NCBI GenBank assembly: GCA_016787105.1
Contig: JAEUVI010000341.1
Coordinates: 1 to 27,794 of the forward strand
Direction of reading: 5' to 3'
Origin: Chitinophagaceae bacterium
Lineage (GTDB): Bacteria; Bacteroidota; Bacteroidia; Chitinophagales; Chitinophagaceae
DNA length: 27,794 bases
The notes beneath the pieces are model-generated. The model saw only the letters and a program-made list of their open reading frames with translations. It did not search any database and was not told the DNA's origin. Both the position numbers and the translations under genes were made by a program. Position 1 is the stretch's first letter. The number at the start of each line of letters is the position of its first letter. Shown piece by piece: positions 8,122-16,627 of the stretch.

Positions 8122-9616
8122 TGTAGTGATAATAGGTAGTGGTATGGGCGGCCTGGTAAGCGCCAGCCTGCTGAGCATGGAAGGCAAGCGTGTATGCGTA
8201 CTTGAAAAGAATAAACAATTTGGTGGTTGCCTGCAAACATTTGTTCGGGATAAAGTCATTTTCGATTCAGGGGTCCATTATATCGGCGGATTAGATAAAG
8301 GACAAAACCTTTACCAGTTATTCCGGTATATGGGTATCATGGATAAACTGAAACTGGAAAAACTGGACGAAGACGCATTTGATAAAATAATAACAGATGA
8401 TGATGCGAATGAGTACGCTTTCGCACAGGGCTATGAAAATTTTATCGCAAAATTATCTGTCTCATTTCCGGATGAGGAAAAGGCAATCAGGGAATACTGT
8501 GAAACGATAAGATATGTGTGCAGCAAGTTTCCGCTTTACAATCTAACATTAAATGGAAAGCTGGAAGAGAAAGTAAGTGTGATGGATATTGGGGCTAAAG
8601 AATTTATTGAATCAGTTACACAAAATGAAAAATTAAGAGAAGTGCTTGCCGGTAATAACCAGTTGTATGTCGGTTACCCGGGTACACCTTTCTATATTCA
8701 TGCGCTTATTATCAACAGTTATATTGAGAGCGCATATAAGTGTATAAACGGAGGGTCGCAAATTGCTAAACTACTCGTAGAAAATATCCGTAAACATGGC
8801 GGTGAAATTTTGAGGAATGAGGAAGTTGTAAAAATAGAAACAAAAGACGGCGAGGCGATATATGCGGAAACAAAAAAAGGGAAACGCATTTATGGAAAAT
8901 ATTTTATTTCAAATATTCACCCGTCGCAGACCCTGGAATTGGTAGAATCGCCAATGATAAGAAATGCGTATCGCAACCGTTTGAAATCGATGAAGAATAC
9001 CGTTTCTTCTTTTTGTGTGTATATAGTGTTTAAAGAAAAATCATTCCCATATATCAACAACAATTATTATTATTTTAAAACTGGTCATGTATGGTCAATG
9101 ACGGATTATACACAGGAAAACTGGCCGCTGGGTTATGCCTTATTTTTTACACATTCAACAAAAGATAGTGGATTCGCAGACACAGTTACTATTTTCTGTT
9201 ATATGAATTATGAAGAGATGAAGCCATGGGAAGATACGTTCAACACAGTGGCTGAATCCACAGAAAGAGGCAGGGATTATGAAGAATTTAAAAAGCAAAA
9301 AGCAGAGCACCTCATAAACGTGGTGGAGAAGCGTTTTCCAGGTTTGCGCGATAGTATAAAATCGTATTATACCACCTCGCCGCTCTCTTACCGTGATTAT
9401 ATTGGTACGGAAGATGGTTCATTGTATGGAGTAACACGGGATCATAAGGATTATGTAAAAACATTTATCAGCTCCCGGACTAAATTGCCAAACCTGTTTC
9501 TGACCGGTCAGAACCTGAACGTGCATGGCATATTGGGAACAGCGATTTCCGGGTTGCTTACCTGTGTCGTATTATTGAATGACGATAAAATAGTAGAGAA
9601 GATAAGAAATGCTTAA
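8108..9616 (+). CDS. Phytoene desaturase/retinol saturase-like NAD(P)/FAD oxidoreductase
   Basis: VVIIGSGMGG...EKNKQFGGC Rossmann motif, FDSGVHYIG, GGSQIAKLL, DGSLYG and NLFLTGQ. Overlaps the upstream stop by 14 nt. Confidence 0.85.
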   Translation: MQQYDVVIIGSGMGGLVSASLLSMEGKRVCVLEKNKQFGGCLQTFVRDKVIFDSGVHYIGGLDKGQNLYQLFRYMGIMDKLKLEKLDEDAFDKIITDDDANEYAFAQGYENFIAKLSVSFPDEEKAIREYCETIRYVCSKFPLYNLTLNGKLEEKVSVMDIGAKEFIESVTQNEKLREVLAGNNQLYVGYPGTPFYIHALIINSYIESAYKCINGGSQIAKLLVENIRKHGGEILRNEEVVKIETKDGEAIYAETKKGKRIYGKYFISNIHPSQTLELVESPMIRNAYRNRLKSMKNTVSSFCVYIVFKEKSFPYINNNYYYFKTGHVWSMTDYTQENWPLGYALFFTHSTKDSGFADTVTIFCYMNYEEMKPWEDTFNTVAESTERGRDYEEFKKQKAEHLINVVEKRFPGLRDSIKSYYTTSPLSYRDYIGTEDGSLYGVTRDHKDYVKTFISSRTKLPNLFLTGQNLNVHGILGTAISGLLTCVVLLNDDKIVEKIRNA

Positions 9617-11279
9617 GCGGAATAGATTTCTCAGGTGGATGTTATATGTGACAGGATTTTTTATCCTGTTGCTTGGCATCTTGTTTTTATATCTTGTTAT
9701 TGTCTCAAAGGTTGAGCCTCCCCAAATTGCAGATACTTCAAGTTTGCAGTGGCAGCGATCATCTCCGGATAGTGGATTGTATACAATAAAAAACAACTGG
9801 TTTCGGAAAAGTAATTCTGGGCTTTTTGAAATGTATGTGGAAGGGGCACCGTTTGAAAGGGGAGTGGTGAATGGAAAATTGTCAAAAGAACTGGTGGTAT
9901 CGCAGGAAGATTATTTCAGCGAACAGATAAATAAAATGGTGCCATCCAAATCTTACCTGCATTTTCTGAAATATTTTGTTGGCTGGTTTAACCGCAATCT
10001 CGATAAAAACGTAACAGAAGAATATAAGGATGAAATATATGGAGTGTCTAATTCAGCGTCTGATAATTATGGATATATCGGTACAAAATACCAGCGGATA
10101 TTAAATTATCATTCGGCGCACGACATTGGGCATGCTTTGCAAAACCTGGCGTTGGTAGGCTGTACTTCTTTTGGTACATGGGGTGCAGCGTCGCAGGATA
10201 GTACAATGATTATCGGCCGCAATTTTGATTTTTATGTTGGTGATAATTTTGCAAAGAACAAAATTGTATTGTTTGAAAAGCCATCGCAGGGATATAAATT
10301 CATGAGTGTAACCTGGGGCGGGTTTATTGGCGTGGTATCGGGTATGAATGAAAAAGGTCTGACAGTTACGATTAATGCGGCAAAGAGCAGCATACCTTCC
10401 GGTTCAGCTACGCCGGTTTCTTTGGTAGCAAGAGAGATTTTGCAGTATGCAAAAAACATAAGTGAAGCAGTAGCCATTGCCGGTAAAAGAAAAATGTTTG
10501 TGTCTGAATCATTTCTTATTGGTTCCGCAGAGGATAAGAAAGCCGTAATCATCGAAAAAACTCCTGATTCGCTGGATGTATACGATCCGCAGAAAGATTT
10601 TATCGTGTGTGCCAATCATTTTCAAAGCAGGAAACTGGGTAACTCAGCACCCAATGAAATACAAATGAAAGAAAGCGCTTCGCCATACAGGTATGAGCGA
10701 TTGATGGAACTGATGAATAAAAACGAAAAAAACACTGTACAAAAAACCATTGACATTCTTCGGGATCGGAAAGGATTGAACGGTGCGGATATTGGTATGG
10801 GAAATGAAAAAGCATTGAACCAGTTAATAGCACATCATTCAATAGTTTTCGAACCTCAGCAATTAATTGTATGGGTTTCCACGCAACCCTGGCAATTGGG
10901 GGAATATGTCGCTTATGATTTAAAAAAGATATTTGCTTTGAATGGTATGCAGCAGAATAAAGAAGTATATGATAGTGCCTTGACTATTCCGGCAGATACG
11001 TTTTTGCAAACAAAGCAGTTCTCCGATTTTACCAAATACAGAATGTTGAAGCAACGTGTATTGGATGGCCTGTCTGTAGAACCAGATAGCATTATTACTG
11101 CTAACCCCAACCTGTACAATGCCTGGGTACTCGCCGGTGATTATTCATTTAAATTAAAAGATTATAACAGGGCGTTGATTTACTATAATATGGCTTTGCG
11201 TAAAGAAATAGCAACGATACCGGAGAAAAATCATATTCTTGACCAGGTAAAAAAAATAAAAGAAAAAATCAACAAATGA
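9609..11279 (+). CDS. C45-family Ntn-hydrolase (acyl-CoA:6-APA acyltransferase-like) with N-terminal membrane anchor and C-terminal TPR-like helices
   Basis: G/CTSF autoprocessing site (C185), GRNFDF, SGMNEKGL, ANHF and AHHS; hydrophobic segment near the N-terminus. Confidence 0.85.
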   Translation: MLKRNRFLRWMLYVTGFFILLLGILFLYLVIVSKVEPPQIADTSSLQWQRSSPDSGLYTIKNNWFRKSNSGLFEMYVEGAPFERGVVNGKLSKELVVSQEDYFSEQINKMVPSKSYLHFLKYFVGWFNRNLDKNVTEEYKDEIYGVSNSASDNYGYIGTKYQRILNYHSAHDIGHALQNLALVGCTSFGTWGAASQDSTMIIGRNFDFYVGDNFAKNKIVLFEKPSQGYKFMSVTWGGFIGVVSGMNEKGLTVTINAAKSSIPSGSATPVSLVAREILQYAKNISEAVAIAGKRKMFVSESFLIGSAEDKKAVIIEKTPDSLDVYDPQKDFIVCANHFQSRKLGNSAPNEIQMKESASPYRYERLMELMNKNEKNTVQKTIDILRDRKGLNGADIGMGNEKALNQLIAHHSIVFEPQQLIVWVSTQPWQLGEYVAYDLKKIFALNGMQQNKEVYDSALTIPADTFLQTKQFSDFTKYRMLKQRVLDGLSVEPDSIITANPNLYNAWVLAGDYSFKLKDYNRALIYYNMALRKEIATIPEKNHILDQVKKIKEKINK

Positions 11280-11668
11280 TTTTTGGGACAGGTATTGATA
11301 TGATCGAAACAGAAAGAGTGGAAGCAAAGATTTCCAAAGAATCCGGGTTTCGGGAACTGGTTTTTTCAAAAAATGAAATAAACTATTGCGAAGCAAGAGC
11401 GAATAAGTTTGAACATTATGCGGCGCGGTTTGCAGCAAAGGAAGCATTTTTTAAAGCATTGGGAAGTGGCTGGAAAAACGGAACAGCGTTTAATGAAATA
11501 GAAATAACGAATGATGAAACAGGAAAACCGGAAATTGTTTTGTTGGGCGAAACGGCAAAAACAATAGCAGCCCTGTCAATTGGTAAAATTTCAGTTTCTT
11601 TATCACATCTGAAAAGTATTGCGGCGGCAATCGTGATAATCCAGGCCTCATCCCAACCTTCTCCTTAA
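11276..11668 (+). CDS. acpS: Holo-[acyl-carrier-protein] synthase (AcpS-type phosphopantetheinyl transferase)
   Basis: GTGIDMIE, ARFAAKEAFFKALG, GKP and VSLSH motifs; ATGA overlap with the upstream gene. Confidence 0.92.
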   Translation: MIFGTGIDMIETERVEAKISKESGFRELVFSKNEINYCEARANKFEHYAARFAAKEAFFKALGSGWKNGTAFNEIEITNDETGKPEIVLLGETAKTIAALSIGKISVSLSHLKSIAAAIVIIQASSQPSP

Positions 11669-11676
11669 GGAGAAGG
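11644..11676 (-). repeat. REP-like palindromic element, copy 1 (reverse orientation)
   Basis: Perfect 20-bp palindrome ccttctccttaaggagaagg (11657-11676) preceded by ggcctcatcccaa. Its reverse complement aligns closely with copy 5. Confidence 0.75.
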
Positions 11677-11709
11677 CCACCGGCACACAGCCCCTGCTTT
11701 TTCGGAGAT

Positions 11710-11726
11710 ACCGATAGCTATCCGGT
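11710..11726. repeat. Near-perfect CCGATAGCTATCGG-type palindrome
   Basis: accgatagctatccggt is a perfect palindrome apart from one extra C. Confidence 0.55.
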
Positions 11727-11799
11727 TTTTCGAAAACGTTGAATAAAAAACTAAAGTTGATTTGGTAGCGATAATGTTGATTAATGATTTATAGTACCG

Positions 11800-11830
11800 C
11801 TCCTTCTTCTTTGTAGAAGGAGGTGGAGGC
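11800..11830 (+). repeat. REP-like palindromic element, copy 2
   Basis: ctccttct-tctttgt-agaaggag forms an 8-bp stem, followed by tail gtggaggc. Confidence 0.65.
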
Positions 11831-11848
11831 TATATAAAATGAACAAGC

Positions 11849-13159
11849 ATGAACAATCAGCCACAAGCTGCTTTTTTACCAATAAAGGAAATAGAAAACC
11901 TGCAACAAAAAAAACTGCAGGAGTTGTTAGTTTATCTGAATGATAATTCGCCTTTCTATAAAGATTTGTTTGCAAAACATGCAATAAAAATCAGTTCGAT
12001 AAAAACGATTGCTGACTTACAAAATATTCCACCAACGGAAAAAGAGCACCTGCAGCAGAATAATGAACGTTTTCTTTGCGTGCCGAAAGGTAAAATCATC
12101 GAGTATACTTCTACATCAGGAACATTGGGAAGCCCGGTTACTATCGCTCTTACTGAAAATGATTTGCAAAGACTGGCAATTAATGAATACACATCCTTCA
12201 CCTGCGCAGGAGGAAAACCGGATGATATCTATCAACTGATGCTAACGTTGGATCGTCAGTTCATGGCTGGCATGGCTTATTATTCAGGCATACGGAAATT
12301 AGGGGCGGGATTGATTCGTGTAGGCCCGGGAGTGCCTTCATTGCAATGGGAAACTATTGCACGATTGAAACCAACGGCAATTGTAGCAGTGCCATCATTT
12401 ATACTAAAACTGATTGCATACGCAAAAGAAAACGGGATCGACATAAATAATTCTTCTGTTAAAAAGGCAATCTGTATTGGCGAAAATATCCGCAATGCTG
12501 ATTTCTCCCTGAATGTACTTGGCCGGAAAATAACTGGTACATGGGATATTCAGTTGTATTCTACTTATGCATCTACCGAGATGCAGACTGCATTTACAGA
12601 ATGCAAAGAAGGAAAAGGAGGGCATCATAATCCTGAACTGGTAATTGTGGAGCTGTTGGATGAAAATAATCAAACAGTACAGCCAGGACAAGCCGGTGAA
12701 GTGACAATTACCACGTTAGGGGTGGAGGGAATGCCATTGCTCAGATATAAAACCGGAGATATCTGTATCGCTGATATTGCTTCCTGTACATGTGGCCGTA
12801 ATAGTCTCCGCCTTTCACCTGTTATTGGCAGAAAGAAGCAGATGATTAAGTTCAAAGGCACTACGCTTTTTGCACCAGCGCTTTTTGATTTGCTGAATGG
12901 TATGGCCGATGTGCGGGACTATGTTGTAGAAATCAGCTCCAATGAAATAGGCACTGATGAAGTGTTGCTGTACCTGTTACCAGGCGATTCAAGTGACGCT
13001 ACTGATCATAAAATCAGGGCCTACCTGCAGGCAAGCCTGAGAGTAACGCCCGGTATTAAATATATTGATGCGGAAACGATTCAAAAGATGCAGTTTCCGG
13101 AAAGCAGTAGAAAACCGCTGAAATTTATAGATAAACGGTCTGGCATAATAAAAACTTGA
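11849..13159 (+). CDS. flxY: Phenylacetate-CoA ligase (PaaK)-family aryl acid-CoA/ACP ligase, FlxY-like starter activation
   Basis: YTSTSGTLGSP (A3), YSTYASTE (A5), RYKTGD (A7) and GRKKQMIKFKG (A8); adjacent to the ammonia-lyase. The symbol is inferred from function and context, not from alignment. Confidence 0.8.
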   Translation: MNNQPQAAFLPIKEIENLQQKKLQELLVYLNDNSPFYKDLFAKHAIKISSIKTIADLQNIPPTEKEHLQQNNERFLCVPKGKIIEYTSTSGTLGSPVTIALTENDLQRLAINEYTSFTCAGGKPDDIYQLMLTLDRQFMAGMAYYSGIRKLGAGLIRVGPGVPSLQWETIARLKPTAIVAVPSFILKLIAYAKENGIDINNSSVKKAICIGENIRNADFSLNVLGRKITGTWDIQLYSTYASTEMQTAFTECKEGKGGHHNPELVIVELLDENNQTVQPGQAGEVTITTLGVEGMPLLRYKTGDICIADIASCTCGRNSLRLSPVIGRKKQMIKFKGTTLFAPALFDLLNGMADVRDYVVEISSNEIGTDEVLLYLLPGDSSDATDHKIRAYLQASLRVTPGIKYIDAETIQKMQFPESSRKPLKFIDKRSGIIKT

Positions 13160-13219
13160 TACCTTCCTGATATTTCATTTTTTTTGTGCCTTGTTTAATT
13201 CAAATAATCAATTATTTAC

Positions 13220-14767
13220 ATGGTTAAAGTAGGAGCAAGTAGGCTGACGTTGCAGGATTTTGATGAGATCATTAATAAAGGCGGAAAAGTGGAGCTTGCT
13301 GCTGCTGCTCTTGAAAAAGTAGATGCCAGTCACCAGTTTTTAAAGAACTTTTCCAGCCAGAAACTTATCTACGGAATTAATACGGGTTTTGGCCCGATGG
13401 CACAATACAAAGTCAGTGAGGAAAACGTACTCCAATTGCAATATAACCTCATTCGCAGCCATAGTTCCGGTAGCGGAAAGTTGATGCCAGCTCATCTTGC
13501 CAAAGCAGTGATGGTTGCAAGGCTTAGCAATTTAATACAAGGTTTCTCAGGTATACATACAGAGCTGGTAGAGTTGTTACGTGAAATGATCAATAAAAAT
13601 GTTTGTCCCTGCATATTTGAACATGGTGGTGTAGGCGCCAGTGGCGATTTGGTTCAGTTGGCACATCTTGGCCTCAACCTGATAGGGGAAGGGGAGGTAA
13701 TTTATGAAGATAAAGTGCAGCCAACAGCAGAAGTATTTAAACGACTTGGCATAAAGCCATTAAAGGTCCATATCCGCGAAGGCTTATCAGTTATCAATGG
13801 TACATCGGCGATGACGGGTGTTGGAATGTTGAACATTATCCAGGCTAAAAAATTATTACATTGGTCAATTACGCTTTCTGCCATGACCAACGAAATAATG
13901 GAGGCTTATGACGATCATTATTCGTACGAATTGAATATTGTAAAACATCATAAAGGACAGAACCAGGTCGCTTCTATTTTCCGCGATATACTTAAGGATA
14001 GTAAAATGATCCGCAGCCGTTCGGAGCATTTGTATAACCCTGATAACATCAAGCATGATGTATTTGAAGATAAAGTGCAGGAATACTATTCACTCCGTTG
14101 TGTAACGCAGGTACTGGGCCCGGTGTATGATACCATTTGCCAAACCGAAAAAATTGTAACAGACGAACTGAATTCGGTAAACGATAATCCTGTTGTGGAT
14201 GTAGCCAGTCACAATATTTTTCATGGAGGCAATTTTCATGGTGATTATGTTTCGCTGGAAATGGATAAATTGAAAATTGCGATTACTAAATTATCCATGC
14301 TTAGTGAGCGTCAGTTGAATTACCTGCTGAATGATAAGCTGAACCAGAAATTTCCGCCATTTGTAAACCTCGGCGTACTCGGTTTCAATTTTGGAATGCA
14401 GGGCATGCAGTTTACAGCTACATCTACGGTTGCGGAAAATCAAACCTTATCGTTTCCAATGTATGTACACAGCATTTCCAATAATAATGACAACCAGGAT
14501 ATCGTAAGCATGGGTTGCAACTCGGCATTGATGGCGAAACGGGTTATTGATAATTCATTTGAAGTACTGGCGATACAGGCGATGACGGTTCTGCAGGCCA
14601 TAGATTACCTGAAATGTGTGCCACGTCTTGCTACTTCAACTCTCTCGATTTATAAGGAGTTAAGGGCTGTTTTTCCAAAATTTGTAGAAGACCTGCCTAA
14701 GTATAAAGAACTGGAAATTGTAAAGAGTTATTTTGAAAATTCCGATCTTCCCGCAACACTTGGTTAA
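13220..14767 (+). CDS. flxA: Aromatic amino acid ammonia-lyase, probably tyrosine ammonia-lyase of the flexirubin type
   Basis: IYGINTGFG, LQYNLIRSHSSG, MIO triad ASG (A140-S141-G142), INGTS, QEYYSLRC, HGGNFHG and NQDIVSMG. Strongly resembles F. johnsoniae TAL as I recall its sequence. Confidence 0.88.
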   Translation: MVKVGASRLTLQDFDEIINKGGKVELAAAALEKVDASHQFLKNFSSQKLIYGINTGFGPMAQYKVSEENVLQLQYNLIRSHSSGSGKLMPAHLAKAVMVARLSNLIQGFSGIHTELVELLREMINKNVCPCIFEHGGVGASGDLVQLAHLGLNLIGEGEVIYEDKVQPTAEVFKRLGIKPLKVHIREGLSVINGTSAMTGVGMLNIIQAKKLLHWSITLSAMTNEIMEAYDDHYSYELNIVKHHKGQNQVASIFRDILKDSKMIRSRSEHLYNPDNIKHDVFEDKVQEYYSLRCVTQVLGPVYDTICQTEKIVTDELNSVNDNPVVDVASHNIFHGGNFHGDYVSLEMDKLKIAITKLSMLSERQLNYLLNDKLNQKFPPFVNLGVLGFNFGMQGMQFTATSTVAENQTLSFPMYVHSISNNNDNQDIVSMGCNSALMAKRVIDNSFEVLAIQAMTVLQAIDYLKCVPRLATSTLSIYKELRAVFPKFVEDLPKYKELEIVKSYFENSDLPATLG

Positions 14768-14809
14768 AAGACGATACTGGTAATTTAATTTTATTAAAGC
14801 TTATCTCAT

Positions 14810-15640
14810 ATGTTTAACTATTTAAAGCAATCATTCCGTAGAAAAATCGCAAGGCGGGTAACTAAAGAATATCCTGCAAACATTGACAGGTTGGATTTGG
14901 GAGATGCAGGTAAAATTGATTTTGCGAGATGGGACAATCCTCTGGCCCCGCCGGTAGAGTTGACAGCGTCAACAGTTCAGTTTTTCAAGCAATTTATAAA
15001 AGAAGGAGATCTTGCGATTGATATCGGTGCAAATATTGGAGATACGACTGTGCCGATGGCGCTTTGTGCAGGAAGTTCAGGCCTTACATTGGGTTTCGAC
15101 CCCAACCCTTATGTTTTTAAGATTTTGCAAAAGAATGCTTCACTTAATCCTGGTAGAATAAACCTGGTTCCTGTTCCTAATGCTATTTCAGCGGATGGGG
15201 AGGAGTTTTATTTTATTTCATCCGAGGCTTCGTTTGCAAACGGAGGTATATCGCCTACAAAAGACAGCAAGCATGGAAAATTCGTTTTCCCCGAAAAGAT
15301 AAAAGGAGTGAACCTGAAAAACTTCCTTACACAAAACTATGGGCAATGGTTGAACAGATTTTCTCTCATCAAAGTTGATACAGAGGGCTACGATAAGGAA
15401 ATAATAAAATCTGCATCAGATCTGCTTTCGCAATACAAGCCGGTAATTATCGCTGAAAGTTTTGGTAAAGCAACGGATGAAGCGAAACTGGAGCTGTATG
15501 ATGTAATTGAAAGATTAGGATATAATATTTTCTATTTCGAAGACTTTAGGATAGAAGCGAAAGTAGAAAAGATGACAAGCCGGACAGACATGACCAAATG
15601 GAAAAACACAATCAATGTGTATGCTACGCCGAAGAAATAG
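14810..15640 (+). CDS. FkbM-family SAM-dependent methyltransferase
   Basis: AIDIGANIGDTT, GFDPNP and IKVDTEGYD motifs. Confidence 0.88.
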   Translation: MFNYLKQSFRRKIARRVTKEYPANIDRLDLGDAGKIDFARWDNPLAPPVELTASTVQFFKQFIKEGDLAIDIGANIGDTTVPMALCAGSSGLTLGFDPNPYVFKILQKNASLNPGRINLVPVPNAISADGEEFYFISSEASFANGGISPTKDSKHGKFVFPEKIKGVNLKNFLTQNYGQWLNRFSLIKVDTEGYDKEIIKSASDLLSQYKPVIIAESFGKATDEAKLELYDVIERLGYNIFYFEDFRIEAKVEKMTSRTDMTKWKNTINVYATPKK

Positions 15641-15694
15641 TTTTTATCACAGTAGCGATATTTTTTAAAAAATTCAACAATGAGAAATTAAGAC

Positions 15695-16423
15695 ATGAAA
15701 TGTGCATTGGTTACAGGAGGTTCAAGAGGTATTGGCAGGGCTATTTGTGTAAAGCTGGCGCAAATGGGTTATTATGTATTGGTGAATTATAAAGGCAACG
15801 AAACCGAAGCTTCGAACACATTGGCAATGGTGATGGAAGCAGGAAGCAATGGCGAAATAATGCAGTTTGATGTAGCCAATAAAGAACAGGTGCAGCAGGT
15901 ATTGAATGGTTGGATGGAGAAGAACCCGGATAAAGTGATAGAAGTATTGGTAAACAATGCAGGTATAAAGGAAGACGGGCTAATGATGTGGATGAAGGAT
16001 GAGCAATGGGATAGTGTGGTGCAGACAAGCCTTGGCGGTTTCTTCTATGTTACAAGAATTATTCTCAACAGTATGTTGCTGAAAAGATATGGCCGTATTA
16101 TCAATGTGGTTTCACTATCTGGTTTAAAGGGATTGGCAGGCCAAACGAATTATTCCGCTGCAAAAGGCGGTGTAATTGCTGCTACAAAAGCATTGGCCCA
16201 GGAAGTAGGTAAGAGAAACGTAACGGTAAATGCAGTAGCGCCTGGATTTATAAAAACAGATATGACTGCAGATATAGATGAAAAGCAGATGAAAGTTTTA
16301 ATACCGGCAAACCGATTTGGTACACCGGAAGAAGTAGCGCATGCTGTCGGTTTCCTCGCCACTCCGGAAGCTGCTTATATCACCGGGCAGGTTTTGTCTA
16401 TTAATGGAGGGTTGTATAGTTGA
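15695..16423 (+). CDS. fabG: 3-oxoacyl-ACP reductase (cluster ketoreductase)
   Basis: TGGSRGIG, LVNNAG, YSAAK and VAPGFIKTDM SDR motifs. Confidence 0.93.
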   Translation: MKCALVTGGSRGIGRAICVKLAQMGYYVLVNYKGNETEASNTLAMVMEAGSNGEIMQFDVANKEQVQQVLNGWMEKNPDKVIEVLVNNAGIKEDGLMMWMKDEQWDSVVQTSLGGFFYVTRIILNSMLLKRYGRIINVVSLSGLKGLAGQTNYSAAKGGVIAATKALAQEVGKRNVTVNAVAPGFIKTDMTADIDEKQMKVLIPANRFGTPEEVAHAVGFLATPEAAYITGQVLSINGGLYS

Positions 16424-16602
16424 TAGTATGAGTGTTTTTTTTTAATAGTATTGCCTCACTTGCAAGAATTATAATACTTATAGGAGAATTTTCAACGAGG
16501 GAATATCTTCAATTACCCCTTCTTCCGCCACAAAATTATAAACAGCTTATTCCACATGTGAAAGCGATGTTTTAAATTGCCATTGACAATCATTTATTAA
16601 AA

Positions 16603-16610
16603 TACATTCG
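16603..16610 (+). promoter_or_regulatory. Putative internal -7 element (TACATTCG)
   Basis: One mismatch to TAnnTTTG, with TTG at 16583-16585, in a 204-nt AT-rich gap just before the KS start at 16628. Confidence 0.4.
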
Positions 16611-16627
16611 CCTGAATTAAGCGTAAA

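Noticed and set aside
8108-9616. Carotenoid biosynthesis cluster
   Set aside because: No phytoene synthase, GGPP synthase or cyclase gene in the window; the gene is coupled to polyene export genes.
13220-14767. Calling the lyase hutH (histidine utilisation)
   Set aside because: No other hut genes are present; the substrate-loop sequence and the neighbouring aryl ligase and polyene genes fit a flexirubin-type TAL.
16496-16522. gagggaat...attacccctc hairpin as a terminator after fabG
   Set aside because: The stem is short and bulged, with no U-tract.
16546-16560. ttattccaca resembling a DnaA box
   Set aside because: Does not match TTWTNCACA, is a single copy, and has no origin context.
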